DNA of 64,000 bases from an uncultured Rhodobacteraceae bacterium (GCA_947500005.1 CANMQJ010000004.1:3399-67398); one strand, 5' to 3'; shown: positions 18,184-30,627, numbered from the stretch's first letter. Notes: generated by a model from the letters alone, not told the origin. Numbers and translations: made by a program.

Positions 18184-19777
18184 CCCCACCGCCCCGAACG
18201 ACCATCTTCGGCATGACGTGATACAGGACGAGCTCTCAGACACCGATGGCCCCGTTCCGGACTGGGGTACGTTCGGGCGCCCGCTCTTCGACGATCCCAG
18301 CGCACGAGCCCTTTCGCGGGTCGGGGTGGTCGATGTGGGCTCGAACTCCGTCCGAATGGTCGTGTTTGACGGCGCGGCGCGCTCGCCGGCCTATTTCTAC
18401 AATGAAAAGGTGATGTGCGCGCTGGGTGCGGGCCTGTCCGAGACCGGAAGGCTGAACCCCAAAGGGCGGCAGAGGGCGCTCTCGGCCCTGGCGCGGTTCG
18501 CACAGCTGGCCCGCGGGCTGGACATGCCGCCGCTGCATGTGGTGGCGACCGCCGCGGTCCGCGATGCCAGAGACGGGCCGGAGTTCTGCGAGGAGGTCCT
18601 GCGTGAGACGGGCCTGCGCCTGCGGGTCATCGACGGGCAGGAGGAGGCCCGGCTTTCGGCGCAGGGCGTTCTGCTGGGATGGCCGGGCGCCTACGGGTTG
18701 ATCTGCGATATCGGCGGCTCCTCGATGGAACTGGCCGAGATCGCGCAGGGCCGCGTCGGGCGGCGGGTCACCTCGTCACTGGGTCCGCTCAAGCTGCGCG
18801 ACATCAAGGGGGGGCGGCGCGGCCGCAAGGCGCATATCAAGCAGACCATGGAAGAGCTCAAGGCAAGCCTCGGCTTGCAGCGCGACCGGCTGTTTCTGGT
18901 CGGCGGCAGCTGGCGCGCCTTCGCCAAGATCGACATGCTGCGCCGGAATTACCCGCTTCAGGTGCTGCACGAGTACCGCATGACCGCGAAACAGGTGCAT
19001 GCCACGGTCAAGTTCATCGAAGAAAACGATGCCGACAAGATCCGTCAGGCAGCCGGCATCTCGTCGTCTCGGATGTCGCTTCTGCCTTATGCGATGGACG
19101 TGTTGGTGCGGCTGATCGGTACATTCAAACCCAAGGACATCGCGATCTCCAGCTACGGTATCCGCGAGGGTCTGCTTTATGAACAGATGCCGCGCCGCCT
19201 GCGAGACCGCGATCCGCTGGTCGAGGCCTGTCGATTTGCCGAGGCCAAGGACGCGCGCATTCCCGGTTTCGGGCGTAAACTGTTCGATTTCGTGATGCCC
19301 CTGTTCAAGACGGCCTCGCCGGCCAAGGTGCGGCTGATCAAGGCCGCTTGCCTGCTGCACGATGTAAGCTGGCGCGCCCATCCCGATTACCGGGCCGAGG
19401 TCTGTTTCGACAACGCCACCCGCGCCAACCTCGGCGGGCTCAAGCATTCCGAGCGGGTGTTCCTGGGCCTGGCCTTGCAGCACCGCTATCGCAACAAGCG
19501 CGAAGGCGACCGGTTCGAGCCGCTTTTCGCGCTGCTCGACGAAAAGGGCCAGAAGGAGGCGGAGATTCTGGGCAAGGCGATGCGCGTCGGCGCAATGCTG
19601 TGGATCCAGAACGACACGCGTCCGGGCAGCCTGCGCTTCTATCCCAAGAAGAAAAAACTGGAACTCATGCTGCCGGAATCCGCGCTGCCCCTCTACGGCG
19701 AGGTCGCCGAGTCGCGCTTCGTCTCGCTGGGCAACGCGCTGGATGCCGAGGTCGCGGTCCTGGTCGAGGCCGACTAG
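18170..19777 (+). CDS. ppx: Ppx/GppA-family exopolyphosphatase
   Basis: VVDVGSNSVRMVVFD and ICDIGGSSMEL ASKHA-fold phosphate motifs; HD-like C-terminal domain (LLHDVSW). Confidence 0.8.
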   Translation: MTMIDPTAPNDHLRHDVIQDELSDTDGPVPDWGTFGRPLFDDPSARALSRVGVVDVGSNSVRMVVFDGAARSPAYFYNEKVMCALGAGLSETGRLNPKGRQRALSALARFAQLARGLDMPPLHVVATAAVRDARDGPEFCEEVLRETGLRLRVIDGQEEARLSAQGVLLGWPGAYGLICDIGGSSMELAEIAQGRVGRRVTSSLGPLKLRDIKGGRRGRKAHIKQTMEELKASLGLQRDRLFLVGGSWRAFAKIDMLRRNYPLQVLHEYRMTAKQVHATVKFIEENDADKIRQAAGISSSRMSLLPYAMDVLVRLIGTFKPKDIAISSYGIREGLLYEQMPRRLRDRDPLVEACRFAEAKDARIPGFGRKLFDFVMPLFKTASPAKVRLIKAACLLHDVSWRAHPDYRAEVCFDNATRANLGGLKHSERVFLGLALQHRYRNKREGDRFEPLFALLDEKGQKEAEILGKAMRVGAMLWIQNDTRPGSLRFYPKKKKLELMLPESALPLYGEVAESRFVSLGNALDAEVAVLVEAD

Positions 19778-20196
19778 AGTTCGATCTGCCCCTGCGGGGC
19801 CTCCTCACTGTCGGTCTCCGGCTCCGTTTCCGGCTCGGGCTGTTTCTTGCGGATGATGATATCGCCATTCGGCAACATCTCGGGCACCTCGTAGGTGCTC
19901 CAGTCCTCCACCTCGGACATGAGCCGCGACAGGGCGGGGCCCATCTCCTCGAGAAAGCCCTGCATCTTGGGCCCGAACTCCTCGGCCAAGGCCCGCATGT
20001 CGTCTATGGCGGGCTCCATCTCCTCGCGCAGTCCCTTGAAGAAAAGCTCGGCCCCCTGCTCCATGAGCGATTTGCCACCTTCCTCTTCCACCTGCGCAGA
20101 AAGCGGAGCGGCGACGAGGGCGATCAGTGTAAAAGGCAATATGAACCGGGTCATGTCCCCAATATAGACACCTCGGGGCAAGCCTGCAAAGGTCAT
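19774..20196 (-). CDS. hypothetical secreted acidic protein
   Basis: Signal peptide MTRFILPFTLIALVAAPLSAQ (alternative ATG at 20154); the ATG at 20196 overlaps the upstream gene's stop as ATGA; Glu/Pro-rich C-terminus. Confidence 0.5.
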   Translation of the reverse strand: MTFAGLPRGVYIGDMTRFILPFTLIALVAAPLSAQVEEEGGKSLMEQGAELFFKGLREEMEPAIDDMRALAEEFGPKMQGFLEEMGPALSRLMSEVEDWSTYEVPEMLPNGDIIIRKKQPEPETEPETDSEEAPQGQIEL

Positions 20197-21206
20197 GTCT
20201 CGAAATCGAGGCTGACGGGGAAATGGTCCGACGCGGCGAGCAACGCCTGGTGCAGCTCCGGCGTCCGGTAGCAGACCGCATCGTCGAACGGATGCCAGAT
20301 GCGCCAGGCGGGGCGGCGCGCCCGAAGGCCGGGGGTGATCATGACGTAATCCAGCAGCGCCTCGAGATAGCGCCCCCGCTCACGCAACTCGAACCGCGCC
20401 GTGGTCGGCAGCGCGCCGGGCCGGACCTGACGCGAGAGATCCGCATGCGGGTCGTAGAGCCCGGCGTCGAGCAGGATCTCGACCGAGGAGCGGCCGAACA
20501 GATGCTCGAACTCGTCCAGCCCCGGCCCGTCGTTCAGATCGCCCAGCAGCACCACCTCGTCGCCCGCCTCGCGATGCTCGCGCACCCGCTGCGCCAGCCA
20601 GATCGCCTGCGCCAGTTGCTTGCGGCGGTTGGTGATCGAGATGCGCATGGCCTCGGCCGCCGACTCGGCCCCGTGTGGGACCTTGGATTTGAGATGCACC
20701 CCGATCATGCGAAAATGCAGGCCCGAGGCGGTCTGCACCTCAAGCTCCAGGGGAGGTTTCGAAAAGCGCACCAGGTCCTCGGTCGCGTCGATGTCGAGAT
20801 CGATCCGGAAGGTGCCGTCGAAACGCGGCGCCTCCACCGCGCCTTTCTTGCCGGTGGGTTCTCCGCGCGGATCGTGGCGCGCGGTCACCACATAGGGATC
20901 GTAGAGCAGCGCGATTTCCTGATGCGTCTCGTTGGCGAAGCCGATCGCCGCGCTTTTCGTGCGCAGGTCGAACGCGGTGGCGAACCGTTCCAGCGCGCGC
21001 ACGGTGTCCTGCGTACGCCCGGTATTGGGCGCCTCTATGATCATCACCGCATCGGCATCCAACGCGGTCAGCACGATCGCGATGGCCTCGGCCTGCTGCG
21101 CGCGGCTTACCCCTTCGCGGCCCGAAGGCAGATCATCGGGCAGCAGCAGATCATCGCGGTCGAAGAGATTGGCGAACCATTCGATGTTCCAGGTGGCAAG
21201 CCGCAT
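20193..21206 (-). CDS. endonuclease/exonuclease/phosphatase (EEP) family protein
   Basis: MRLATWNIEWF N-terminus, internal LLGDLND and C-terminal SDHFPV motifs typical of the EEP fold. Confidence 0.75.
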   Translation of the reverse strand: MRLATWNIEWFANLFDRDDLLLPDDLPSGREGVSRAQQAEAIAIVLTALDADAVMIIEAPNTGRTQDTVRALERFATAFDLRTKSAAIGFANETHQEIALLYDPYVVTARHDPRGEPTGKKGAVEAPRFDGTFRIDLDIDATEDLVRFSKPPLELEVQTASGLHFRMIGVHLKSKVPHGAESAAEAMRISITNRRKQLAQAIWLAQRVREHREAGDEVVLLGDLNDGPGLDEFEHLFGRSSVEILLDAGLYDPHADLSRQVRPGALPTTARFELRERGRYLEALLDYVMITPGLRARRPAWRIWHPFDDAVCYRTPELHQALLAASDHFPVSLDFET

Positions 21207-21211
21207 GGGCC

Positions 21212-21895
21212 TCAGCCCACCGTCTGACGATTGATCTCTTCCCAGGCACGGTTGATGTCGATCATCCGCTTTTCCGCAAGTCGGATCGCTTCACGCGGGA
21301 CACCGCGGGCCATCATCGCGTCGGGATGGGTATCGCGGACCAGCTTGCGCCAGACCTTGCGGATCTCGGGCAGCGGCATGTCGGGTTCGACCCCAAGGAT
21401 CGTATAGGGGTCCTTGGGTGCATCCGGCACGAAACGCGCCCGCAAGGCACGGAACTGCGTTTCGGACTGGCCAAATATCTGGCTGACCTCGAGAAGGAAC
21501 TCGTTTTCGTCAGGATGATAGTTCCCGTCGGCCATCGCGATGTGAAAGAGCCCCTCCATCAGATCCGACAGGACCGTGCTGTCCTCGGCGAACATGGTGC
21601 GGATGCGGCGCGCGTATTCGCGGTATCCGGCGATATCCGTGCGCGCCATGTTGAAGACACGCGCCGCCCCGGCCTCGTCCTCTCGCGCGATCTGGAACAC
21701 CTCGCGAAAGGCGGTCACCTCGTCACGCGTGACATGGCCGTCGGCCTTGGCCATCTTGGCCCCCAGCGCGATCACCGCGATGGCAAAGGCCACGCTGCGC
21801 TCGGGCGGGGTGCGCAGGCGTTCGAAAACCGCGGCAAGGCTTTCGCCGCTGGCAAGGGCGCTGATCGCGTCGGAGATGCGGGACCACAGAGACAT
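21212..21895 (-). CDS. DjlA-like co-chaperone (TerB-like N-domain plus C-terminal J domain)
   Basis: C-terminal DPYTILGVEPDMPLPEIRKVWRKLVRDTHPD (J domain with HPD); TerB-like ADGHVTRDE repeats. Confidence 0.75.
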   Translation of the reverse strand: MSLWSRISDAISALASGESLAAVFERLRTPPERSVAFAIAVIALGAKMAKADGHVTRDEVTAFREVFQIAREDEAGAARVFNMARTDIAGYREYARRIRTMFAEDSTVLSDLMEGLFHIAMADGNYHPDENEFLLEVSQIFGQSETQFRALRARFVPDAPKDPYTILGVEPDMPLPEIRKVWRKLVRDTHPDAMMARGVPREAIRLAEKRMIDINRAWEEINRQTVG

Positions 21896-21904
21896 GGAGC
21901 CAGT

Positions 21905-22429
21905 TTATCCAAGCACTCCGGCGCTGTCAGGTGCGTCATCTGCGCCCGAGACAAGAATTTTCTGCACCAGCACCAGATCGAGCCAGCGGCCCTGTTTGCG
22001 ACCGACCTGCGGCATGCGCCCCACCTCGGCGAAACCGATCGCGGCGTGAAAGGCGAGGCCGCCGGGATTGGCCGCGCTGATGCCGCCCACCATGACGTGA
22101 TGCCCCTCGGCCCGGGCGGTTTCCTCGAGCTGCGCCATCAGCGCACGGCCCAGACCCTGTCCATGTGCGGTCGGGGCCAGCTGCACGCTGTGCTCCACCG
22201 TGTGTGCATAGCCGGGACCACGGCGGAACGGGCCATAGGTGGCGAACCCCACCACCCGGCCCGCCTGTTCGCAGACGAGGAAGGCCGGGCCACGTTCGAC
22301 GATGTCGGCGGCGATCTCCTCGGGCCGCCGCTCCAGCGTCGTGAAGGTGACAAGCGTATCGCGGATGATGGCGTTGGTGATCGCGGCCACCGCCCCGGCA
22401 TCCTCGGGTCGTGCGGCGCGCACCGTCAT
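21905..22429 (-). CDS. GNAT N-acetyltransferase, phosphinothricin/MSO-acetyltransferase-like
   Basis: Acetyl-CoA motif HGQGLGRALM; 174 aa; the ATG overlaps the upstream gene's stop (ATGA). Confidence 0.8.
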   Translation of the reverse strand: MTVRAARPEDAGAVAAITNAIIRDTLVTFTTLERRPEEIAADIVERGPAFLVCEQAGRVVGFATYGPFRRGPGYAHTVEHSVQLAPTAHGQGLGRALMAQLEETARAEGHHVMVGGISAANPGGLAFHAAIGFAEVGRMPQVGRKQGRWLDLVLVQKILVSGADDAPDSAGVLG

Positions 22430-23040
22430 TCCAGCACGCGCACCCCGTGCGGCGTATCGATCTCGGCGCTGAGGCCGGGTTCGCCCTTTTCCACGCGGAC
22501 CGGCACGATGCCTTCGAGATCGCGGCGCAACGGCTCCACGTCCGGATGCGAAACAGTGAGGCTGCGCAGGGTGCAGCCACTATCGGCCAGCATGCCGGCC
22601 GGGTGCATGTCTCCCTGCCACTGGATCAGCGCGGGATAGACATTGTCGTAGGGCAGTATGCCGGTATCGGGCACTGCCATGCGCCATTTCAGCCCGCCCC
22701 GCTCCAAGTCGACCGGCTTGCCGCAGCCCGGAGGCGCGATTTGCAGCGCCTCATCCAGATCCGGCACACGGCAGATCCAGCAGCGCAGATGCGGTGGCCC
22801 TTCGAGATGATCGAGGTCGAACCAGCGCATCCGGCCCGGGGGCGAGGCGTTCGGGTCGATGGCGATCGCCTCGAGATAGATCCCCGCGCCCAGGCCCAAA
22901 AGCCGGTTATGGGTGCCAAAGCGGGTATGGACGCCGCCCGGCTGCATGGCGACGCCAAGCGCCTGCTCGACATGGGCTGCCGCCTCCTCAAGCGTTTCTC
23001 CGGCCACGGCCAGATGATCGAGCTTCATTCCGTCCTCCAT
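22426..23040 (-). CDS. VOC/glyoxalase-like domain protein
   Basis: MKLDHLAVAGETLEEAAAHVEQALGV start typical of the glyoxalase-like fold; about 200 aa, so longer than a methylmalonyl-CoA epimerase. Confidence 0.6.
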   Translation of the reverse strand: MEDGMKLDHLAVAGETLEEAAAHVEQALGVAMQPGGVHTRFGTHNRLLGLGAGIYLEAIAIDPNASPPGRMRWFDLDHLEGPPHLRCWICRVPDLDEALQIAPPGCGKPVDLERGGLKWRMAVPDTGILPYDNVYPALIQWQGDMHPAGMLADSGCTLRSLTVSHPDVEPLRRDLEGIVPVRVEKGEPGLSAEIDTPHGVRVLE

Positions 23041-23122
23041 GCTGCAAGGGCAGGAGGCTTGCGCCCCCCGCCCCTCTCATGCCTCAAATCCACTCGGGCA
23101 TAAATGCCCGAATGACACGGGC

Positions 23123-25249
23123 TCAGCCGCGCGTCTCAAGGATCAGGCGCAGGATGTCCTGCGCCGCCTCGGGAATGTTGGTCCCGGGGCCGAAGATTGC
23201 CTTGACCCCGTGATCGTAGAGATACTTGTAATCCTGCTGCGGGATCACGCCGCCACAGATCACGATCACGTCCTCGGCCCCGGCCTTCTTCAGCTCTTCG
23301 ACCAGCTGCGGCGCCAGCGTCTTGTGCCCTGCTGCCTGGGACGAGATGCCGACCACGTGAACGTCATTGTCGACAGCATCCTGAGCGGCCTCGGCAGGCG
23401 TCTGGAACAGCGGGCCCACATCCACGTCGAAACCGATATCGGCAAAGGCCGTGGCGATCACCTTGGCGCCGCGGTCATGGCCGTCCTGGCCCATCTTGAC
23501 GACCAGCATCCGGGGGCGGCGCCCCTCGGCCTCGGCGAAATCCTCGACCGATTTCTGGATGGCGGCAAAGCCCTCGTCGCCCTCATAGGCGGCGCCATAG
23601 ACCCCGGCGAGCGTCTTGACCTCGGCGCGGTGGCGGCCGAATTCCTTTTCCATTGCCATGCTGATTTCCCCAACGGTGGCCCGGGCACGGGCGGCTTCGA
23701 CGGCGGCCTCGAGAAGGTTGCCACCTTCTTTCGCCCGGCGGGTAAGTTCGTCCAGAGCGGACTGGCAGGCGGCCTCGTCCCGCTCGGCGCGGATGCGCTC
23801 AAGACGCTTGATCTGGCTTTCGCGGACCTTGACGTTGTCGACGTCCAGAATGTCGATCGGGTCTTCCTTGTCCTTGCGGTACTTGTTGACGCCGACGATC
23901 ACCTCTTGGCCGCGGTCGATCATGGCCTGGCGGCGGGCGGCGGATTCCTCGATCCGCAGCTTGGGCATTCCGCTTTCGACCGCACGGGTCATGCCGCCCA
24001 TCTCCTCGACCTCCTGCATCAGCGCCCAGGCCTTCTCGACCAGCTCGTTGGTCAGGCTTTCGACGTAATAGGAGCCCGCCAGCGGATCGACCACATCGGT
24101 CACGCGGGTCTCTTCCTGAAGGATCAGCTGCGTGTTGCGCGCGATCCGGGCCGAGAAATCGGTGGGCAGCGCGATGGCCTCGTCCAGTGCGTTGGTGTGC
24201 AGCGACTGCGTACCGCCCAGAACCGCGCTGAGCGCTTCATAGGCGGTCCGGATCACGTTGTTGTAGGGGTCCTGCTCCTGCAGGCTGACGCCCGAGGTCT
24301 GGCAATGGGTGCGCAGCATCTTGGAGCGGTCGTTCTTGGCCCCGAACTCGGTCATGACCCGGTGCCACAGCGTGCGCGCGGCGCGCAGCTTGGCGATTTC
24401 CATGAAGAAATCCATGCCGATGGCAAAGAAGAACGACAGCCGGCCGGCGAACTTGTCCACGTCCATCCCCGCCTCAATCGCGGCCTTCACGTATTCGCGC
24501 CCGTCCGCCAGCGTATAGGCCAGCTCCTGCACCAGGTTCGCGCCGGCCTCCTGCATGTGGTAGCCGGAGATCGAGATGGAGTTGAATTTGGGCATCTCGT
24601 TCGAGGTGTACTCGATGATGTCCGAGATGATCCGCATCGAGGGTTTGGGCGGATAGATATAGGTGTTGCGGACCATGAACTCCTTGAGGATGTCGTTCTG
24701 GATGGTTCCTGACAGCACGGCCTTGTCGTGCCCTTGCTCCTCGCCCGTCACGATGAAGCTTGCCAGCACCGGGATCACCGCGCCGTTCATCGTCATCGAG
24801 ACCGAGACCTGGTCCAGCGGAATGCCGTCGAACAGGATCTTCATGTCCTCGACGCTGTCGATGGCCACGCCAGCCTTGCCCACGTCGCCCACCACGCGGG
24901 GGTGATCGCTGTCATAGCCGCGATGGGTGGCCAGGTCGAAGGCGACCGAGACGCCCTGCTGGCCGGCGGCAAGATTGCGGCGATAGAAGGCGTTCGATTC
25001 CTCGGCCGTGGAAAAACCCGCGTATTGACGGATCGTCCAGGGCCGGCCGGCATACATGGTGGCCTTCACCCCGCGGGTGAACGGCGCGAAACCGGGCATC
25101 GTGCCCATATGCGGCAGCTCTGCCGTGTCTTCCTCGGTATAAAGCGGTTTGACCTCGATGCCTTCGAGCGTGGTCCTGCTCAAATCCTCCAGCGGGCGGC
25201 CGCGCAGCTCTTTCTCAGCCAGCGCGCGCCAATCGTCTGTCTTGCTCAT
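23123..25249 (-). CDS. mcm: methylmalonyl-CoA mutase, single-chain large type with C-terminal B12-binding domain
   Basis: 708 aa; [34 protein letters not shown] and C-terminal DGHDRGAKV (B12-binding DxHxxG). Confidence 0.95.
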   Translation of the reverse strand: MSKTDDWRALAEKELRGRPLEDLSRTTLEGIEVKPLYTEEDTAELPHMGTMPGFAPFTRGVKATMYAGRPWTIRQYAGFSTAEESNAFYRRNLAAGQQGVSVAFDLATHRGYDSDHPRVVGDVGKAGVAIDSVEDMKILFDGIPLDQVSVSMTMNGAVIPVLASFIVTGEEQGHDKAVLSGTIQNDILKEFMVRNTYIYPPKPSMRIISDIIEYTSNEMPKFNSISISGYHMQEAGANLVQELAYTLADGREYVKAAIEAGMDVDKFAGRLSFFFAIGMDFFMEIAKLRAARTLWHRVMTEFGAKNDRSKMLRTHCQTSGVSLQEQDPYNNVIRTAYEALSAVLGGTQSLHTNALDEAIALPTDFSARIARNTQLILQEETRVTDVVDPLAGSYYVESLTNELVEKAWALMQEVEEMGGMTRAVESGMPKLRIEESAARRQAMIDRGQEVIVGVNKYRKDKEDPIDILDVDNVKVRESQIKRLERIRAERDEAACQSALDELTRRAKEGGNLLEAAVEAARARATVGEISMAMEKEFGRHRAEVKTLAGVYGAAYEGDEGFAAIQKSVEDFAEAEGRRPRMLVVKMGQDGHDRGAKVIATAFADIGFDVDVGPLFQTPAEAAQDAVDNDVHVVGISSQAAGHKTLAPQLVEELKKAGAEDVIVICGGVIPQQDYKYLYDHGVKAIFGPGTNIPEAAQDILRLILETRG

Positions 25250-26129
25250 ATCGTCTTCCTCTTGTCGTATCCTGTCGTGGCGGGGTGTGCCCCGCCGGCT
25301 TTCTTTCCGGATCGTCCATCAGCCAGGCAAAGCCGTCGGCCCCGCCGGCCAGCCACATCAGATCGTCGGCATAGCGTTCGCGCAGCGCCGAGGTCTGGTG
25401 GGCCTCGAAAGGCATCCAGCGCCCCTCCCCTTCGGGCAGGCACGCGGCGATTTCGGCCACGACACGCTGACGCAGCTGCGGCAGGCGGGGGGTCCGGTTG
25501 CACCAGCCCCGCGCATGAGACCTCGGGGCCGGGTGCCCGGTGATCGCGGCCAATTGCGCCTCGGGCCGTCCGGCGAAGGTTTCGAAAGGCAGCACCCAGA
25601 GCCGCGCATCGGGTGCCGCGCAGGCGATCTCCACGATCACGTCACGCCAGCTGCGCCCCTCCCCGACGATGCGGTCCAGAAGCGCGCCACTTGGCAACCC
25701 GTGGCCGCGCGCCAGCGCATAGCCCATGACCGAGGCCCAGTAGACCTCCAGCGAACGGATGTTGAGCACGATGTCGGTCAGTGCCGGGCCGAACGCATCG
25801 GCGTGGTGTGCAATCCGCTCTCCGGCAGCCGGATAAAGCGTGCCATCGCGCAGGTTAACCCGCATCGCGCCCAGGATGTTTTCCTCGCTGACGACCAACC
25901 GCTCGACGCCGCGGCTCTGGCTGCCGCGCAGGTTGAGCTGCACGCGTCCGAACGCGCGGCGCTGCGGCTTTCCCCCTTCGCCCAGCCCCCGGAAAAGCCC
26001 GGTCCGCGTGCGATACGGGCCCCAGAACCCGGTCCCTGTCTCGGCAAGGCGCGGTCGGTTGCGGCGCATGTAGTCCTGGAAACTGGTGGTCGCGCAGCGG
26101 TGCGCGCCGATATGGAGGATAACGTCCAT
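25215..26129 (-). CDS. hypothetical protein, possibly sulfotransferase-fold-like
   Basis: Start trimmed to [20 protein letters not shown]; its 3' end overlaps the mcm start by 35 nt; no catalytic motif confidently recognised. Confidence 0.45.
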   Translation of the reverse strand: MDVILHIGAHRCATTSFQDYMRRNRPRLAETGTGFWGPYRTRTGLFRGLGEGGKPQRRAFGRVQLNLRGSQSRGVERLVVSEENILGAMRVNLRDGTLYPAAGERIAHHADAFGPALTDIVLNIRSLEVYWASVMGYALARGHGLPSGALLDRIVGEGRSWRDVIVEIACAAPDARLWVLPFETFAGRPEAQLAAITGHPAPRSHARGWCNRTPRLPQLRQRVVAEIAACLPEGEGRWMPFEAHQTSALRERYADDLMWLAGGADGFAWLMDDPERKPAGHTPPRQDTTRGRRYEQDRRLARAG

Positions 26130-26300
26130 CGCTCTGCCTCTGGTCCGGGCCGCACGGGTCTGGCGGCGGGTGGGAATCGGTATGATGTTCACGCCGCCCC
26201 CCTGACAAAGCGATTAACGGTAAAGTTTTTCCGGCCCATCTGCGGATCAGGCGTCGCAATCCCCGCAAGGGGGTCTATATTCACCCAGACAGGAGACAGC

Positions 26301-26747
26301 ATGAAACGGACCCTAGCGCTTGTTTTCACTTGCCTATTCCCGGTCATCGCGGTGGCCGCGGATGCAATCGTGTCGGAGGACGGGCCACATATATTGCCCG
26401 CCGGTGACAGCGATTTGAGCGAATTTCTCTGGATCAAACGACCCATCGTCGTCTTCGCGGATTCGCCGGCGGATCCGCGGTACCAACAGCAGATCGAGAT
26501 GCTGACCGAGCGCGCAGACGAGATGATCCTGCGCGACGTTGTGGTGATCACCGATACCGATCCTTCGGCACGCTCGCCTGTGCGAATGAAGTTGCGGCCG
26601 CGTGGTTTCCAACTGGTGTTGCTGGACAAGGGCGGCGCGGTGGAACTGCGCAAGCCGGCGCCATGGGATGTTCGCGAACTGAGCAGATCCATCGACAAGA
26701 TGCCGATGCGCCAGCGCGAGATCCGCGAGGGCAAGGGGCTCGAGTGA
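26301..26747 (+). CDS. secreted DUF4174-like protein
   Basis: AGGAGA RBS, signal peptide MKRTLALVFTCLFPVIAVAADA; FLWIKRPIVVFAD ... LLDKGG pattern. Confidence 0.6.
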   Translation: MKRTLALVFTCLFPVIAVAADAIVSEDGPHILPAGDSDLSEFLWIKRPIVVFADSPADPRYQQQIEMLTERADEMILRDVVVITDTDPSARSPVRMKLRPRGFQLVLLDKGGAVELRKPAPWDVRELSRSIDKMPMRQREIREGKGLE

Positions 26748-26830
26748 GCCCGCGCGGCGCGCGCCTGCTTCTGCCCTGCCCCTTGCCTCAAATGCATGCT
26801 CCCCGGATCAGGTGACCGGCCTGACGCCGG

Positions 26831-28876
<2,046 letters not shown>

Positions 28877-29020
28877 TCTCTGTCCTTCGTCTTGGGAAAG
28901 TTGGAACGCGAAACGCCGCCCCGGACGGTGCGGTCCGGCGCGGCGTTCAGCGTGTTCGGATGCGATGCGGACCGTGTCCGGATCGCGTGAAGGGTCAACC
29001 CCGCCTCGGGGCCGGGCGTG

Positions 29021-29224
29021 TCAGCAGTCTTCGGGGTTCTGATCGCAGTAAAGCACGTTGCCAGCCGCGCCCACCGCGGCCCCCGCGAGGGGGTTGGCAT
29101 CGACGGCACCGGCCGTGAGCGCACCCGCGCCACCACCGAAAAGGGCCTGTTCCCCGACCGTGTCGCCGCAGGCTGCGAGGGTTCCGAGAAGACCGGCGGC
29201 AAAGATTGCGCGTGCAAGTGACAT
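29021..29224 (-). CDS. small OsmB-like glycine-zipper lipoprotein, paralog 1 (67 aa)
   Basis: MSLARAIFAAGLLGTLAAC lipobox; GGGAGALTAGAV...GAAVGAAG glycine zipper; C-terminal YCDQNPEDC; AAGGA RBS. Confidence 0.6.
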   Translation of the reverse strand: MSLARAIFAAGLLGTLAACGDTVGEQALFGGGAGALTAGAVDANPLAGAAVGAAGNVLYCDQNPEDC

Positions 29225-29311
29225 GGGTTCCATCCTTTCTTTTCCGTTGGATGGAAAACGCGCGCGCCCTTCGCGGGTTCCGACGAGCGCGCGCCGGGAC
29301 TCAGCCGCCGC

Positions 29312-29515
29312 TCAGCACTTGCCGGGGCCGTATTCGCAATAGATGACGTTGCCCGCCGCGCCCACGGCCGCACCGACAAGCGGGTTGCCGTCCAGTGCCA
29401 GCGCCGTGACCGCACCCGCGCCGCCGCCGAAAATCGCCTGCTCCTCGAGTGAGTCGCCACAGGCCGAGACGCCCCCGACGAGACCAAAAACCGCAAATAC
29501 GCGAATGATGCGCAT
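29312..29515 (-). CDS. small OsmB-like glycine-zipper lipoprotein, paralog 2 (67 aa)
   Basis: MRIIRVFAVFGLVGGVSAC lipobox; GGGAGAVTALAL...GAAVGAAG; C-terminal YCEYGPGKC; strong AAGGAGAG RBS. Confidence 0.65.
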   Translation of the reverse strand: MRIIRVFAVFGLVGGVSACGDSLEEQAIFGGGAGAVTALALDGNPLVGAAVGAAGNVIYCEYGPGKC

Positions 29516-29643
29516 CCTGCCTCTCCTTCGTTCTGCTCTTGTTGTTGTGAGAGCAGATAAGCGCCCGCCCGCGCCGCGTACAAGCGGTGCGGACCAAAGC
29601 GGCAAGCATCGGCGGAACCGCGCTCAAGCTCATGATTTGGCGG

Positions 29644-29690
29644 GAAAAAAGGCGCGGGCAGGACGACTGTTTGTCTGTCCTCCTGCCCGC
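29644..29690 (-). terminator. rho-independent terminator (minus strand)
   Basis: GCGGGCAGGA...TCCTGCCCGC 10-bp stem followed on the minus strand by GCC-TTTTTT. Confidence 0.6.
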
Positions 29691-29861
29691 TCAAGGAAGG
29701 GGTACGGAATAGATGGCCGGGGCGAGTGGCAGGTTTCCAGAGCACCCCGGTCAGCCGCACGCTGCACCGAGTTTCGCCGCGCGCCAAGTACTTCTCGCGG
29801 CCAGCGAGGCGCTGCGCCAAAACCCGCCAATCCGGCGAAGGTCTCTGCAGGAAGTCGCCGA

Positions 29862-30209
29862 TCATTCCTCGAACGCCTCGGGAAAGGACGCCCGCGCCGC
29901 TGCCTCGTCGATGACCAGCAGCGCCTCGTAGCTTTCGGGGTCGAACGGCTCCTCGGCGGGCAGAACCTCGCGCCCGAACAGCCAGCTGAGCCGTCCGGCA
30001 TCGAGATTGCCGCGCTCGAAAGGCTCGGGACCGAAATGCTCCCACAAGCATTGCATGAAGATCGTATCGGCGCGCCGGTCCACAGCCTTGCGATCGCGAT
30101 AGCGCTCACGCCGGACAAGGGGCGTGGCCCCCTTGGGATTTGCACGGCGGATCGTGAACTGGAAGTCGGAGCTTGGCATCCGCGAGGGAAAGCCGCGATG
30201 CTTCAGCAT
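29862..30209 (-). CDS. hypothetical protein (115 aa)
   Basis: Coding-like GC3; no motif recognised. Confidence 0.4.
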   Translation of the reverse strand: MLKHRGFPSRMPSSDFQFTIRRANPKGATPLVRRERYRDRKAVDRRADTIFMQCLWEHFGPEPFERGNLDAGRLSWLFGREVLPAEEPFDPESYEALLVIDEAAARASFPEAFEE

Positions 30210-30269
30210 GGCCGCACCTCTGCCAACCGGGTGCGGGGGTGCGGGACCGGAACCGGTCCCGCCTGGGTC

Positions 30270-30413
30270 TTACTTGTACTTGCCGGTGTAGACCGGTTCC
30301 GTCGAGATCGGCTCGGGATCGACGATGACATACTCTTCCCTGGGGGAGTTGTCACAGGCCGCGACGGCGCCCACGAAGGCGACCATAGCGAAAAACTTGA
30401 TGCTCTTTGCCAT
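30270..30413 (-). CDS. 47-aa lipoprotein (absent from the ORF track, presumably too short)
   Basis: GGAG RBS then ATG; MAKSIKFFAMVAFVGAVAAC-DNSPREEYVIVDPEPISTEPVYTGKYK; TAA stop followed by palindrome GGGACCGG-AA-CCGGTCCC. Confidence 0.55.
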   Translation of the reverse strand: MAKSIKFFAMVAFVGAVAACDNSPREEYVIVDPEPISTEPVYTGKYK

Positions 30414-30627
30414 CTGTTACTCCAGACATTGTTAGTGAAACCAACAGGGCCGTTCTGCCCTGCCTGCCTCAGACACGGGGTATCGGCCGCGCAGGCGCGG
30501 CCTTGCCGCAGCATAATCCAGAAATGGGCCGAAATACATGCGCCGAGGCGCGTCGAAGAGCGCTGTGACGGCAAAGCCTCAGAACCAGGCCTGCGCGAAA
30601 CTGGGCCCGCAAGATATGGTGGCATGG

